A stretch of DNA of 64,000 bases from an uncultured Acidobacteriota bacterium. Lineage in GTDB: Bacteria; Acidobacteriota; UBA6911; RPQK01; JAPXNP01. The stretch's first letter is position 1. The number at the start of each line of letters is the position of its first letter. Below, piece by piece: positions 1 to 9,303 of this stretch. The notes under the pieces are model-generated. The model did not search any database and was not told the DNA's origin. It worked only from the letters and a program-made list of their open reading frames with translations. The DNA lies in the NCBI GenBank assembly GCA_963777605.1, contig CAVZRV010000008.1, forward strand, positions 288,001 to 352,000. The letters are read 5' to 3'. The translations under genes were made by a program, and so were the position numbers.

Positions 1-72
1 TTTCAGTGCTGCATTGCCACTTCTGCGCCCAATCCCGGGGCGTTGCCGCCGGGCTGGAAATGACCCTGCGCC
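1..72. repeat. REP-like palindromic element (cut by window edge); second copy at 42415-42486
   Basis: TTTCAGTGCTGCATTGCC...CCCGGGGCGTTGCCGCCGGGCTGGAAATGACCCTGCGCC occurs here and at 42415-42486, differing only in a short central segment. Confidence 0.75.
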
Positions 73-166
73 TAATCTGGCGCCACCCGCTGTCTCCCCC
101 TCTCAATGCTCCGCGGAAGCCGCACGGGGGAACGGGCTGGTCCCTCCCGTCCGACGTGAAACGGTT

Positions 167-3064
167 CTAATCTTCGTCCTCGTTCACTTCGTCTTCCGCG
201 GGGCGGGCGGGCCATCCTGTGCGCAGGTGGTTCCAGTGCAGCATGGTGTTGAACACCAGGGCGTGGCTGCCGTGGGTTTCCCACCGCCAGAAGGGATGAA
301 TTGCGAACATTACGACGTGCCCCTCGCCCACCGGGACATCGACGACCGCCGGCTTTCCGGCCAGTTCCCGGCCGCCGCGAAGCATCCCGCTCATGAGGAT
401 GTCCTTCTTGGCGAAGCTCAGGACCGGGCGCGGGACCTCCTGTTTCCAGGTCTCGTCCTTGGCCCAGTCGGGAGTCGAGAACCCGCCCACGCTCTTGTCG
501 ACGTCGAACACGGGCGACTGGCTGAAGTGAACCGCCACGTCCCCGGAATAGCCGTACACGATGGGGCTCTCCGCATCGGTTACGCCGGTCTTGAGAACCG
601 ATCCTCGGGCCAGCAACTCGCGAGTCCGCAGGATTCGAACCCGCTGAGTCAGGGCCGTCTCGACGGCAAAGTTGCAGGTGTTGCCTTCAACGATGATGAC
701 TCCGCCGTTGTGCACGAAGTCCGCCAGTCTTTCCAGACCTCCATATCCCATACCCTTGCGCACGTCGTCGGTCTCGTCGATGACTCCAAGACTTGGGTAC
801 TCGTCGGAATGCCTCCACGGGATCGGATCTCCAACTTCGGTGGTCCCGGCGATCAGGCGCCGCGTATCGGCCCAGCTATTGGGAAGGATGATGACATCAA
901 ACCGGGAAAGGTCCTCGACGGCCAGGTCCTGCTCCGACAGGTAGCTGTAGGGAACCCCAAGCCGGTCGAAAGACAGGCGCCACCAGCCCGCGTTTTGCGG
1001 CGTCACTACCCAGGTGTGGACCAGGGCGACGCGGGGAACACCGACCTCGTGGGTCGGGACGTCGGGCATTTCGTCGGCCGTTTCAACTGAAACGCCCCCA
1101 TCCCGAGCCGCCTTCTCGATCTTCTGCCGAAAACCGGCCGCATTTCCTGCCGTCGGAATGATGAACGTACCTGGGTTGTACGATTTTCCACCGAACTCGA
1201 ACGGCTTCTCAGCAGCCAGGAACTTCACATCATCAAGGCGAAACCGCAGCAGAGAGACGGCATCGTCAGTGGTCTGGTTGACCAGGTACGCGACCCCCTC
1301 CGTGTCTTCAATGGAAGGTTCCGGGCGAAGGTCCCCGGTGATCAGGTCCATCGGGACCTCGAGGACAGCGGGATCACTGATCTCCACAGCCTCCACATCT
1401 CGCAGGTAAGGAAGGGTCCATCCGGTGTCGTCGTAGGGGGGCTGGTCTGCTTCGGGGAAGTGCTGAACGCCCAGCAGAATCCTGGCCAGGGCCCGGTAGG
1501 GCTGGTCGAGACGGACAATGTAGGAGCCGGTCTCGAAGCTCCTGGCCTGGTCCTCAGTCTCCCCGCCTTCCTTCCTTTTTGACTTGGCAGTTGCGTTCTC
1601 GGTCGCCTTTTCCTCTCCGTTTTCAGCTTCCTTGCTGTCTTTGGAATCGGCTTTCTTCGCGGGCGTGAATGAGTCCCGGAGCCGGTGCACTTCGAGGCCC
1701 TGTTGCCGGAGCAGGTTGACAAGGTCAATGGTCGCCAGGGGTCGCTTCTGCTGGGCAGGGAAGATGAACGCGTGCGGTGCTTCCTCTTTCCCCTTCCGGA
1801 TGGCGCCGCTGCTCTTCTTCCAGAAGTCATCGAGGAAGCGGGCTCGATTGCGGGCGACGTAGTTGAGAGCGGTGAGAAGGGCTGTCTCCTGGTAATTGAT
1901 GTTGTTCCGGAAGGACCAGAGCGCCTTTTTCAGCGGCGGGTTGGTCCGGTACCACTCCCGGGAAGTCGATCGCTTGGGGAGTTTTCTCTCCTTGGTTTCG
2001 GGAATCGAGTTTCCGAAGGTCTCGTAGAAACGCCCGATCGAGTTGCGATTGTTGGCGATCCAGAGCAGGTAGTTGCCTGCCCATCCAGTGTAGAAGCCGT
2101 GTGTCCACGCTCCCGGCATGCCGAAACTCGTCAGCGCCGAGACCTCTTCGTGGGCCAGGGTGTGCCATTCATTCACGGTAATGGCGTCGATGTTCTCGTT
2201 GTAGGGTCCGGTTCCGGTGGAGATGTAGAGGTAGGGGACCGATTCATGCAGATCGTGTCCGACGGTCGGCTTCCAGTAGAGAAATCCGCTCAGGATGTTC
2301 CGGGTCAGCGCCAGGGCCAGGCCGAATCCGTCCCGGTTGTTGTCGTGGGCCACGTAGTGTCCCCAGTAGACCAGGGGAGGTCCCACATCGTTGTGCGCCT
2401 TACGATAGTTGTAGACATCGACCATCCGGTCGCGCCCGTCGGGTTCGGCGACGGGGACGATCACCGTGATCACATTCTCGCGGATGTTGCGGATCAGGTC
2501 GGAGTCTTCGACTGCAAGCCTGTAGGCCAGCTCCATGAGCATTTCCGGACTTCCGGTTTCGGGGGAATGAAGGCCGCCGGTCACGTAGTAAACGGGCTTC
2601 CCGAGCCGGACGATCTCGTCTTTTTCGTCCGCGGGGAGGCCGCGCGGATCGGCCAGCCGGTTGAGGTAGTTGCGGTACTTCTCCAGGTCCCGGATGGTCG
2701 CTTCGTCAGCCACGATGACCTCGATCATTTCCCGGTCTTCCTCGGTGTGCCCGATCGATCGAATCTTCACCCGGTTGGATGCTTCATCGAGAGCCCTCAT
2801 GTACCCGTAGATCTCGTTGACGCGGTGCAGTTGGTCGGGGGCTCCAACAATCCGGCCGAAGTGGTCGAGCGGCGACGGCACCGTGTCAGAAGCAGGAAGG
2901 TGGTCCACGAGTTCGCTCAAAAACCGGGATTCGGTAGTGAACTGACGAATCTGCGAGTCGTAGTCGCCACCGCCCTGGCCAAACGCGGAGGTCAGAAAGA
3001 AAAACAATGAACAAAGGCAAACCAAATGTGCGGCCCGGAGCAATCGCATGTTCGCTCTCCTCAT
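167..3064 (-). CDS. M14-family zinc carboxypeptidase-like secreted protein with C-terminal glutamine-amidotransferase-like domain
   Basis: 965 aa; signal peptide; HSPE (HxxE), DNNRD and DLHE motifs; start may be 15 nt downstream. Confidence 0.85.
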   Translation of the reverse strand: MRRANMRLLRAAHLVCLCSLFFFLTSAFGQGGGDYDSQIRQFTTESRFLSELVDHLPASDTVPSPLDHFGRIVGAPDQLHRVNEIYGYMRALDEASNRVKIRSIGHTEEDREMIEVIVADEATIRDLEKYRNYLNRLADPRGLPADEKDEIVRLGKPVYYVTGGLHSPETGSPEMLMELAYRLAVEDSDLIRNIRENVITVIVPVAEPDGRDRMVDVYNYRKAHNDVGPPLVYWGHYVAHDNNRDGFGLALALTRNILSGFLYWKPTVGHDLHESVPYLYISTGTGPYNENIDAITVNEWHTLAHEEVSALTSFGMPGAWTHGFYTGWAGNYLLWIANNRNSIGRFYETFGNSIPETKERKLPKRSTSREWYRTNPPLKKALWSFRNNINYQETALLTALNYVARNRARFLDDFWKKSSGAIRKGKEEAPHAFIFPAQQKRPLATIDLVNLLRQQGLEVHRLRDSFTPAKKADSKDSKEAENGEEKATENATAKSKRKEGGETEDQARSFETGSYIVRLDQPYRALARILLGVQHFPEADQPPYDDTGWTLPYLRDVEAVEISDPAVLEVPMDLITGDLRPEPSIEDTEGVAYLVNQTTDDAVSLLRFRLDDVKFLAAEKPFEFGGKSYNPGTFIIPTAGNAAGFRQKIEKAARDGGVSVETADEMPDVPTHEVGVPRVALVHTWVVTPQNAGWWRLSFDRLGVPYSYLSEQDLAVEDLSRFDVIILPNSWADTRRLIAGTTEVGDPIPWRHSDEYPSLGVIDETDDVRKGMGYGGLERLADFVHNGGVIIVEGNTCNFAVETALTQRVRILRTRELLARGSVLKTGVTDAESPIVYGYSGDVAVHFSQSPVFDVDKSVGGFSTPDWAKDETWKQEVPRPVLSFAKKDILMSGMLRGGRELAGKPAVVDVPVGEGHVVMFAIHPFWRWETHGSHALVFNTMLHWNHLRTGWPARPAEDEVNEDED

Positions 3065-3234
3065 CCCGGTTCAATACATCGTTCCCGAAAGCACCCAACA
3101 GAATAGCCGGGATATCGGGCCGAGGCCAGCGTCAATCGACAGCACAACGGCAGGAAGGACTGGAAGCGTTGTAATATCTATGACGATGTCTTGGGGAACC
3201 GGCTTGGTTACTTCTCCTACCTCCAGGTGCGGGC

Positions 3235-4455
3235 ATGAATGAAGCCTGCCCGCGGTTGCGTTACCTGGAGGCCTTCCCGATCACCGAGGAGGGTCGGAAT
3301 GCGATCCTTTTGAGAGACCCGTGGCAGATCGCCGAGCGGGCGATTGTCGTCACTCCAGAGCTCTACGCCCTTCTGGCAATGTTGGATGGAACGAACTCTC
3401 TGCGGGACTTGCAGGCGGAACTGAGCCGTCGTTCGGGTCAGCTGGTATACGAGGAACAGGTCCAGGGAATCCTCGATCAGCTTGACGAATTCCTGTTCCT
3501 GGACAATGAGCATTTCCATGGGGAGAAACGGCGCCTGCTGAGGGAGTTCCGGGCGGAAAGGATCAGGTACCCTGCTCACGCCGGCGCCGGTTATCCGGAA
3601 TCTGGCGAAGAACTCCGCCAGTTGCTTGATTCGTTTTACACTGACCCGTCGGGCGCGGGTCGCCCCGACGCCGGCTCAGGGAAGGAGACCCGGGCTATCG
3701 TCGTTCCTCACATCGACCTCCGCCTGGGCGGGCCGACCTATACCCATGCCTACCGGCGTCTCGGTGAGGGAGAAGCTGCGGATGTCTTCGTGATCCTGGG
3801 AATTGGCCATATGGGATTGCCCAGGCCCTTTTCCATCGGTCGGAAAGATTTTCAGACACCGCTCGATCTGGCATCGTTCGACCGGGAGTTTGTTGCGGCA
3901 CTTGGCCGAATCCTGGGTCCGGAGACCTTTGCCGAAGAATTGAATCATCGCCTTGAACACACGGTGGAGTTCCAGGTCCTCTTCTTGCAGCACCTCTACC
4001 CGGATCGGGCCTTTGACATCGTTCCGATTCTGACCAGCTTCTCCTACGAGGATCTGGAGGATCCGAAGACGGCCGGGGATGTCGAGCAGTTCAGTTCCGC
4101 CTTGCGCGAAGTGGCACAGCAGTCTGGTCGTCGAGTCTGTTTCGTGGTCAGCGTGGACCTCGCCCACCTTGGGCCCCGCTACGGAGATCGGGTCGCTCCC
4201 GACGCGCGCGCGATCCGCGAATCACTTGCGGCGGACCTGGAAGTGCTCGGGTCGGTTGCGGATGGAGACCCGTCCGGGTTTCTCCGCCGGATCCGTGACG
4301 AAGAGGATCGTCGGCGCACCTGCGGATTCTCGGCGATCTACACGTTGCTGAAGACGTATCCAAACCTGAGAGGAGAACTGCTCGCGCACAGCCATTGCCA
4401 GATTGACGACTCCGGCTCGATTGTTTCCTATGCCAGTCTGGCATTCCCGGCTTGA
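3235..4455 (+). CDS. amrB: MEMO1/AmmeMemoRadiSam protein B family, with N-terminal PqqD-like extension
   Basis: PAHAGAGYP, VPHID, ILGIGH, EHTVEFQ, SVDLAHLG and CG motifs typical of the MEMO family. Confidence 0.85.
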   Translation: MNEACPRLRYLEAFPITEEGRNAILLRDPWQIAERAIVVTPELYALLAMLDGTNSLRDLQAELSRRSGQLVYEEQVQGILDQLDEFLFLDNEHFHGEKRRLLREFRAERIRYPAHAGAGYPESGEELRQLLDSFYTDPSGAGRPDAGSGKETRAIVVPHIDLRLGGPTYTHAYRRLGEGEAADVFVILGIGHMGLPRPFSIGRKDFQTPLDLASFDREFVAALGRILGPETFAEELNHRLEHTVEFQVLFLQHLYPDRAFDIVPILTSFSYEDLEDPKTAGDVEQFSSALREVAQQSGRRVCFVVSVDLAHLGPRYGDRVAPDARAIRESLAADLEVLGSVADGDPSGFLRRIRDEEDRRRTCGFSAIYTLLKTYPNLRGELLAHSHCQIDDSGSIVSYASLAFPA

Positions 4456-4496
4456 TTTCAGTTCTCGTCTCCGTCATTCGAACAAGGATCTTGATA

Positions 4497-5750
4497 ATGA
4501 GTCATTCCAATCGACGAGATTTTCTCGGCGGAATTGCCATGGCCGGCGCCGCGGGCGCCCTCAACGCAAATGCCCAGCCGGGCGATGCTGTTCGAGGTCC
4601 ACTGCAGGATGGCTCATTTGACCGAAAGGTCTGGATTGAAGTTGCCACCAGGCTGGCCTATCCGGTGCTCGAAAACCTGGCCCGCGGGGAATTTTCGAAG
4701 AAGTTCCCGGCCGAGGGGGAACGTGCCCCGTTTGCCGCCCTGGAAACGTTTGGCAGGCTCATGTGCGGAGTCGCTCCGTGGATTGAACTCGGAGGCGACG
4801 GCAGCGAAGAAGGGAATCAGCGGGTCCACACGGCTCTGCTCGCCCGAACGGCTCTGGCGATGGCAGTTGATCCCAACTCCCCCGATTTCATGAACTTCAC
4901 CAAGGGAGCCCAGCCCCTGGTCGATGCCGCCTTCCTGGCCCAGGCAGTGCTGCGGGCGCCGGTTCAGCTCTGGCAGGGACTCGATGGACGGACGCAGGGG
5001 AACCTGATCACTGCCCTGCTCTCCACTCGCTCGATCATTCCCTACCAGAACAACTGGCTGCTGTTCAGCGCCATGATCGAAGCCCTTCTCTACAAGCTTG
5101 GCCTTCAGGCCGACCTGATGCGGATCGATCTTGCACTCCGCACGATGGAAAGCTGGTACCTGGGGGATGGAATCTACGGGGATGGACCAGATTTCCACTG
5201 GGACTACTACAACAGCTACGTGATCCAGCCCTTCATGCTCGACATCTTTGAAGCCGTCCAGTACGTTGGCCGGGATTTGCCGGGTCGCTATGCCCTGGCC
5301 CGAAAGATCTCCTCACGCTACGCCGCCATCCAGGAGCGGTTGATCTCACCCGAAGGCACCTACCCTCCCATTGGGCGGTCGATCGTTTACCGGTTCGGGG
5401 CTTTCCAGCTCCTTTCCCAGATGGCCCTCCGAAATGAACTGCCTCCCGGGGTCAGCCCCGCCCAGGTACGAAGTGGCCTGACCGCGGTCATTCGTCGCCA
5501 GATGTCGGCACCGGGCACGTTCGACGACGCGGGGTGGCTGAATATCGGGTTCGCCGGGAACCAGCCTTCCCTGGGAGAGGGATACATTTCGAGGGGAAGC
5601 GGCTACCTCTGCGCCGCCGGGTTGCTCGCACTCGGACTTCCCGCGTCCCACCCGTTCTGGTCCGGTCCTGGACAGCCATGGACCGCTCTCAAAATGTGGT
5701 CCGGTCAGGACATGCCCCGCGATATCGGCCTCTACGGACGAAACCCCTAG
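4497..5750 (+). CDS. Tat-exported DUF2264-family protein
   Basis: NRRDFLGG Tat motif; LETFGR, QPLVDAAFLA, NNWLLF, YGDG..FHWDYYNSYVI and GRSIVYR motifs. Confidence 0.8.
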   Translation: MSHSNRRDFLGGIAMAGAAGALNANAQPGDAVRGPLQDGSFDRKVWIEVATRLAYPVLENLARGEFSKKFPAEGERAPFAALETFGRLMCGVAPWIELGGDGSEEGNQRVHTALLARTALAMAVDPNSPDFMNFTKGAQPLVDAAFLAQAVLRAPVQLWQGLDGRTQGNLITALLSTRSIIPYQNNWLLFSAMIEALLYKLGLQADLMRIDLALRTMESWYLGDGIYGDGPDFHWDYYNSYVIQPFMLDIFEAVQYVGRDLPGRYALARKISSRYAAIQERLISPEGTYPPIGRSIVYRFGAFQLLSQMALRNELPPGVSPAQVRSGLTAVIRRQMSAPGTFDDAGWLNIGFAGNQPSLGEGYISRGSGYLCAAGLLALGLPASHPFWSGPGQPWTALKMWSGQDMPRDIGLYGRNP

Positions 5751-5757
5751 AGCAACA

Positions 5758-7123
5758 TCACAAATGTCCGCATATCCGCCTTGCCAGGGCAGGAATATCG
5801 AGCCCTGAGAAATTGCCCGACGACATCATGAGGAGGTTCCGGTTGTTCCAGTCGAGTCCCTCGATGTGACTTGCCACTGCACCGATCTCGGTAAAAACCT
5901 GGACCTTCTCCGAACCGAAAGACCTGGCGACTTCACCCGGGTCCAGGCGGGGAAGGCGCTTGTGCTGCGACGGTGTGCGGGTCAAAGTAGACCAGGGCCT
6001 CTTCGGCCGCGTCGAGCGATCCCCGGTAGAGTTCCAGAAAGGACGCGGTCAGACTGCTGAAGGTGTGCAACTCGAGACAGGCAACCAGGCTTCGACCAGG
6101 AAAGGTATCCTTGACCGCCTGTGTCGTCGCCCAGACCTTCGAAGGTGAGTGGGCGAAGTCGAGAAAGACGGCGCAGTCGCTGGTTTCGAGGACCCGATTG
6201 AGGCGCCGTGCCGCCCCGGGGAAGCTGGTGATGGCCTGGTAGAAGTGCTCGTCGCTGATACCCAGGGCCCGGCAGACCTCCCAGGCGGCCGAGATATTCT
6301 CCATGTTGTGGCGCCCGATGAGCGGCGACTCCACGTGCCCCCATTCCGTTATGAGTTGGAACTTCCCCCCCGATGGGAGATAGGGATGAGCCGGGTAGGG
6401 AACGGCTTGGCAGGGAGTATCTGTCGAATTCACGAGGGTGGCCAGTTCATGGTCGCTTCCGTAATAGAAAAGGGTCCCCTGCTCGTCGAGTTGCCCGATG
6501 AAATCCCTGAAGGCTTCCCGGTACGTGTCAAAGGTGGGGAAGACGTTGATGTGGTCCCAAGCGATCCCCGTGATGACGGCGATGTTCGGCCTGTAGAGCA
6601 GGAACTTGGGGCGACGGTCGATTGCCGAGGCGAGGTACTCGTCCCCCTCGAAGACGGCTACTTTGGAGTCGTCGGACAGGCCGACCATGGTGGAAAAGCC
6701 CTCGAGTTGGGAACCGACCAGGTAATCGAACGGTATCCCGACGCTGCGGAGCACGTGCATGATCAGCGATGTGACGGTCGTCTTTCCATGGCTTCCAGCG
6801 ACTACGACCCGGGTTTTGTACCGGGTCTGCTCATACATGTACTCGGGAAAGGACTGAATCTTCAATCCCAGTTCGAGAGCCCGGACCAGTTCGGGATTGT
6901 CGGCCCGGGCATGCATCCCCAGGATCACGACATCCAGATCCGGCGTGATCCGGCTCGAGTCCCAGCCCATGGATTCGGGAAGCAGTCCGGCGGCTTCAAG
7001 CCGCGATCGGGAAGGTTCGGAGATCTCGTCATCCGAACCGGTCACCCGGTAGCCTTTTTGTTTCAGAGCCAGTGCCAGGTTGTGCATCACGGCCCCACCG
7101 ACGGCGATAAAGTGTACGCGCAT
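5758..7123 (-). CDS. mpl: Mur-ligase family murein peptide ligase (Mpl-like), frameshifted near 5970
   Basis: VHFIAVGGAVMHNLA, GSHGKTT, EGDEY, DHINVF and DFAHSP motifs; C-terminus (...LLMMSSGNFSG) continues in ORF 5758..5985; probable sequencing indel. Confidence 0.75.
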
Positions 7124-7215
7124 AGAAGAACATTTTAGATTTTCGTTTTTTGATTTGCGATTTTTGGTTTTCTTGGAGCGCGCGAACCGACAGGTCCGCC
7201 TGCGGCTGTCGCCTC

Positions 7216-7244
7216 TTGACAGGTGGTGAATAAAAGGTGAAAAT
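7216..7244 (+). promoter_or_regulatory. sigma70 promoter (TTGACA-17-GAAAAT) overlapped by a GGTGAA-N5-GGTGAA direct repeat, candidate LexA/SOS box
   Basis: TTGACA 7216-7221; GAAAAT 7239-7244; repeat 7225-7241; ATG of the imuA-like gene at 7251. Confidence 0.6.
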
Positions 7245-7250
7245 CAATCC

Positions 7251-8075
7251 ATGTCTCAGCCGTCGATTCCCCTTGACCTGTTTCCGTCTCCGACCGAAAA
7301 CAGCCTGCCGGTCGAGCAGAAAGCTGCCCCTAAGGCTGACCTCGACGCACTGCGCCTGCAGGTTGGTCGCTACGAATCGAGCGGTTTTTTGCCGACCGGT
7401 CTGGACGACCTGGATCGCCTGCTGAAGGGAGGGATTCCACGGGGAAAGTTGGTGGAAATCACAGGAAGCCTGTCCAGCGGCAAGACCAGCCTGCTCATGT
7501 CTATCCTGATGAAAGCGACCCGGGAAGAGGAGTTCGTTGCCTATGTTGACACCTTCAACAGCCTGGACCCGGACAGTGCGCTGAAAGCGGGGGTGAACCT
7601 GGCACGGTTGCTCTGGATCCGCTGCCGCAAGACTGATGAACCTCTGAACGCCGCCCTGAAAAAGGCTCTCAAGGCAGCCGACATTCTGGCCCAGGCGGGT
7701 GGTTTCGGGGTGATCGCCCTGGATCTTCAGCCTGCGGAGGAGCAGCGCAATTGCCGGGTTCCGCTGCAGTCCTGGTTTCGTCTGCAGCGGGCATTGAAGG
7801 GAACTCCCTCCACGATCCTGGTGATTGCCCCTTTTCGGACGGCCGGAAGCGCTGCATCACTGGCCCTTTCTCTCGAACGGCGGAACAGTCGCTGGTCCCA
7901 CCAGGGTTCTCGATCCGCCAGTGTCCGGTTTCGTGTAGAAGCATCCGAATTGACCGGTTCCGCGGCACAGGTTCCGTTTTCCACGACAGGCAATAGTCTT
8001 CAGGGTCTGGAAACCCAAGCCCAGCTTCTGAGAGGTATGCCCGGTGGCACGGTCCCGGTTTATTGCAGTTTTTAG
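7251..8075 (+). CDS. imuA: RecA-like ImuA protein
   Basis: TGLDDLDRLLKGGIPRG, GSLSSGKT Walker A, AYVD, AGVNLARLLW; first gene of the imuAB-dnaE2 cassette. Confidence 0.8.
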   Translation: MSQPSIPLDLFPSPTENSLPVEQKAAPKADLDALRLQVGRYESSGFLPTGLDDLDRLLKGGIPRGKLVEITGSLSSGKTSLLMSILMKATREEEFVAYVDTFNSLDPDSALKAGVNLARLLWIRCRKTDEPLNAALKKALKAADILAQAGGFGVIALDLQPAEEQRNCRVPLQSWFRLQRALKGTPSTILVIAPFRTAGSAASLALSLERRNSRWSHQGSRSASVRFRVEASELTGSAAQVPFSTTGNSLQGLETQAQLLRGMPGGTVPVYCSF

Positions 8076-9303
8076 TTCCGAACCCCGGCGATTGTTCGCT
8101 GTCGCCGAGATGCTGGCTCCCCGGGTGGAAGTCTGCGCTCCGGACGGACTGGTCCTGAAAGTTCCGCCCCGTTACGAGCAGGACACCTTGAATCGCCTGG
8201 GTGAGCTGACCGGACGGGACGTCCGAATCGGAGGCGGGTCGAGCCGAACGGTCGCAATTCTGGCAGCCAGATTCGCGTCTGGAACTATCCTGGGGCCGGG
8301 GAAAGAAGCCGGCTTTGTCGCGGCTCTGCCGTTCGATGCGCTGGTCGAGTGTGGGGAACTCGACACCCGGATTCTCTCCACCCTGAGGGACTGGGGGATT
8401 CGGACACTGGGGGAACTTGCGTCTCTGCCCCACAATGCACTGGTGGCTCGATTGGGACAGAAAGGGGTTGCGCTGCAAAGCCTGGCCCGGGGGGAAGACA
8501 GTGAATTCTTTCCCCTCTACCGGCCCCAACCCGAATTTCGCGAAGAGCAGAACCTGGAGTGGACCATCAACCTGCTGGAACCGCTGGTTTTCCTGATCGG
8601 CGGGATGCTGGCGAGCTTGTGCGGACGCCTGCGCAGTCAGGGGCTGGCAGTTGAATCGATCCTGACCCGGTTCCAATTGAGCAATGGTTCCCTGTTCGAA
8701 CGGTCACTTTGTCTGGCTCTCCCGATGCAGGATCCCCACGCGATTCTTTCTCTGATCAGGCTCGACCTGCAGACCAACCCGCCACGGGCTGGGGTCACAG
8801 CGATTTCGCTCCAGGCGATACCCGGACGACCTCGGATCTTTCAGCATTCCCTGCTCCGCCCTACGGCGCCTCAACCGGAGAAACTCGCCCAGACCCTGAC
8901 CCGTCTCAAAGCCATTGCCGGAGCGGAGAACGTGGGCAGTCCGAGGATCCTGGACACTTACCGTCCCGACGCCGTTCGGATGGAGGAACTGTGCCTGGAC
9001 CCGTCTCCCCGGGCCGCCGCACGGGAGCGGCACCACCAGACGCCTCTCGCCGTTCGCCCGCAAGGAACCAGTCGGCTGACTCTGCGGAGGCTGCGTCCGC
9101 CGCGTCCCGTGGACCTGCACAACGAGCAGATCCTGTCGTGCGCCGGCCCCTGGCGGTCTTCGGGGGACTGGTGGACCAACTGCGACAACGACTCCTCCTG
9201 GTCCCGGGATGAATGGGACATCGAGCGTCCCGACGGAGTCATTTACCGGGTCTTCTGGGACCACCAGAACAGCCAGTGGTTCATGGAGGGGATCTATGAC
9301 TGA
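8044..9303 (+). CDS. imuB: Inactive Y-family polymerase-like ImuB
   Basis: WGIRTLGELASLP, C-terminal GPWRSSGDWW...RDEWD...WFMEGIYD; lies between imuA and dnaE2. Confidence 0.8.
   Translation: MARSRFIAVFSSEPRRLFAVAEMLAPRVEVCAPDGLVLKVPPRYEQDTLNRLGELTGRDVRIGGGSSRTVAILAARFASGTILGPGKEAGFVAALPFDALVECGELDTRILSTLRDWGIRTLGELASLPHNALVARLGQKGVALQSLARGEDSEFFPLYRPQPEFREEQNLEWTINLLEPLVFLIGGMLASLCGRLRSQGLAVESILTRFQLSNGSLFERSLCLALPMQDPHAILSLIRLDLQTNPPRAGVTAISLQAIPGRPRIFQHSLLRPTAPQPEKLAQTLTRLKAIAGAENVGSPRILDTYRPDAVRMEELCLDPSPRAAARERHHQTPLAVRPQGTSRLTLRRLRPPRPVDLHNEQILSCAGPWRSSGDWWTNCDNDSSWSRDEWDIERPDGVIYRVFWDHQNSQWFMEGIYD

Noticed and set aside
14-3010. Long antisense ORFs (14..1090, 1685..3010 and many similar across the window)
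   Set aside because: Shadow ORFs opposite well-supported genes in high-GC DNA, with no recognisable motifs.
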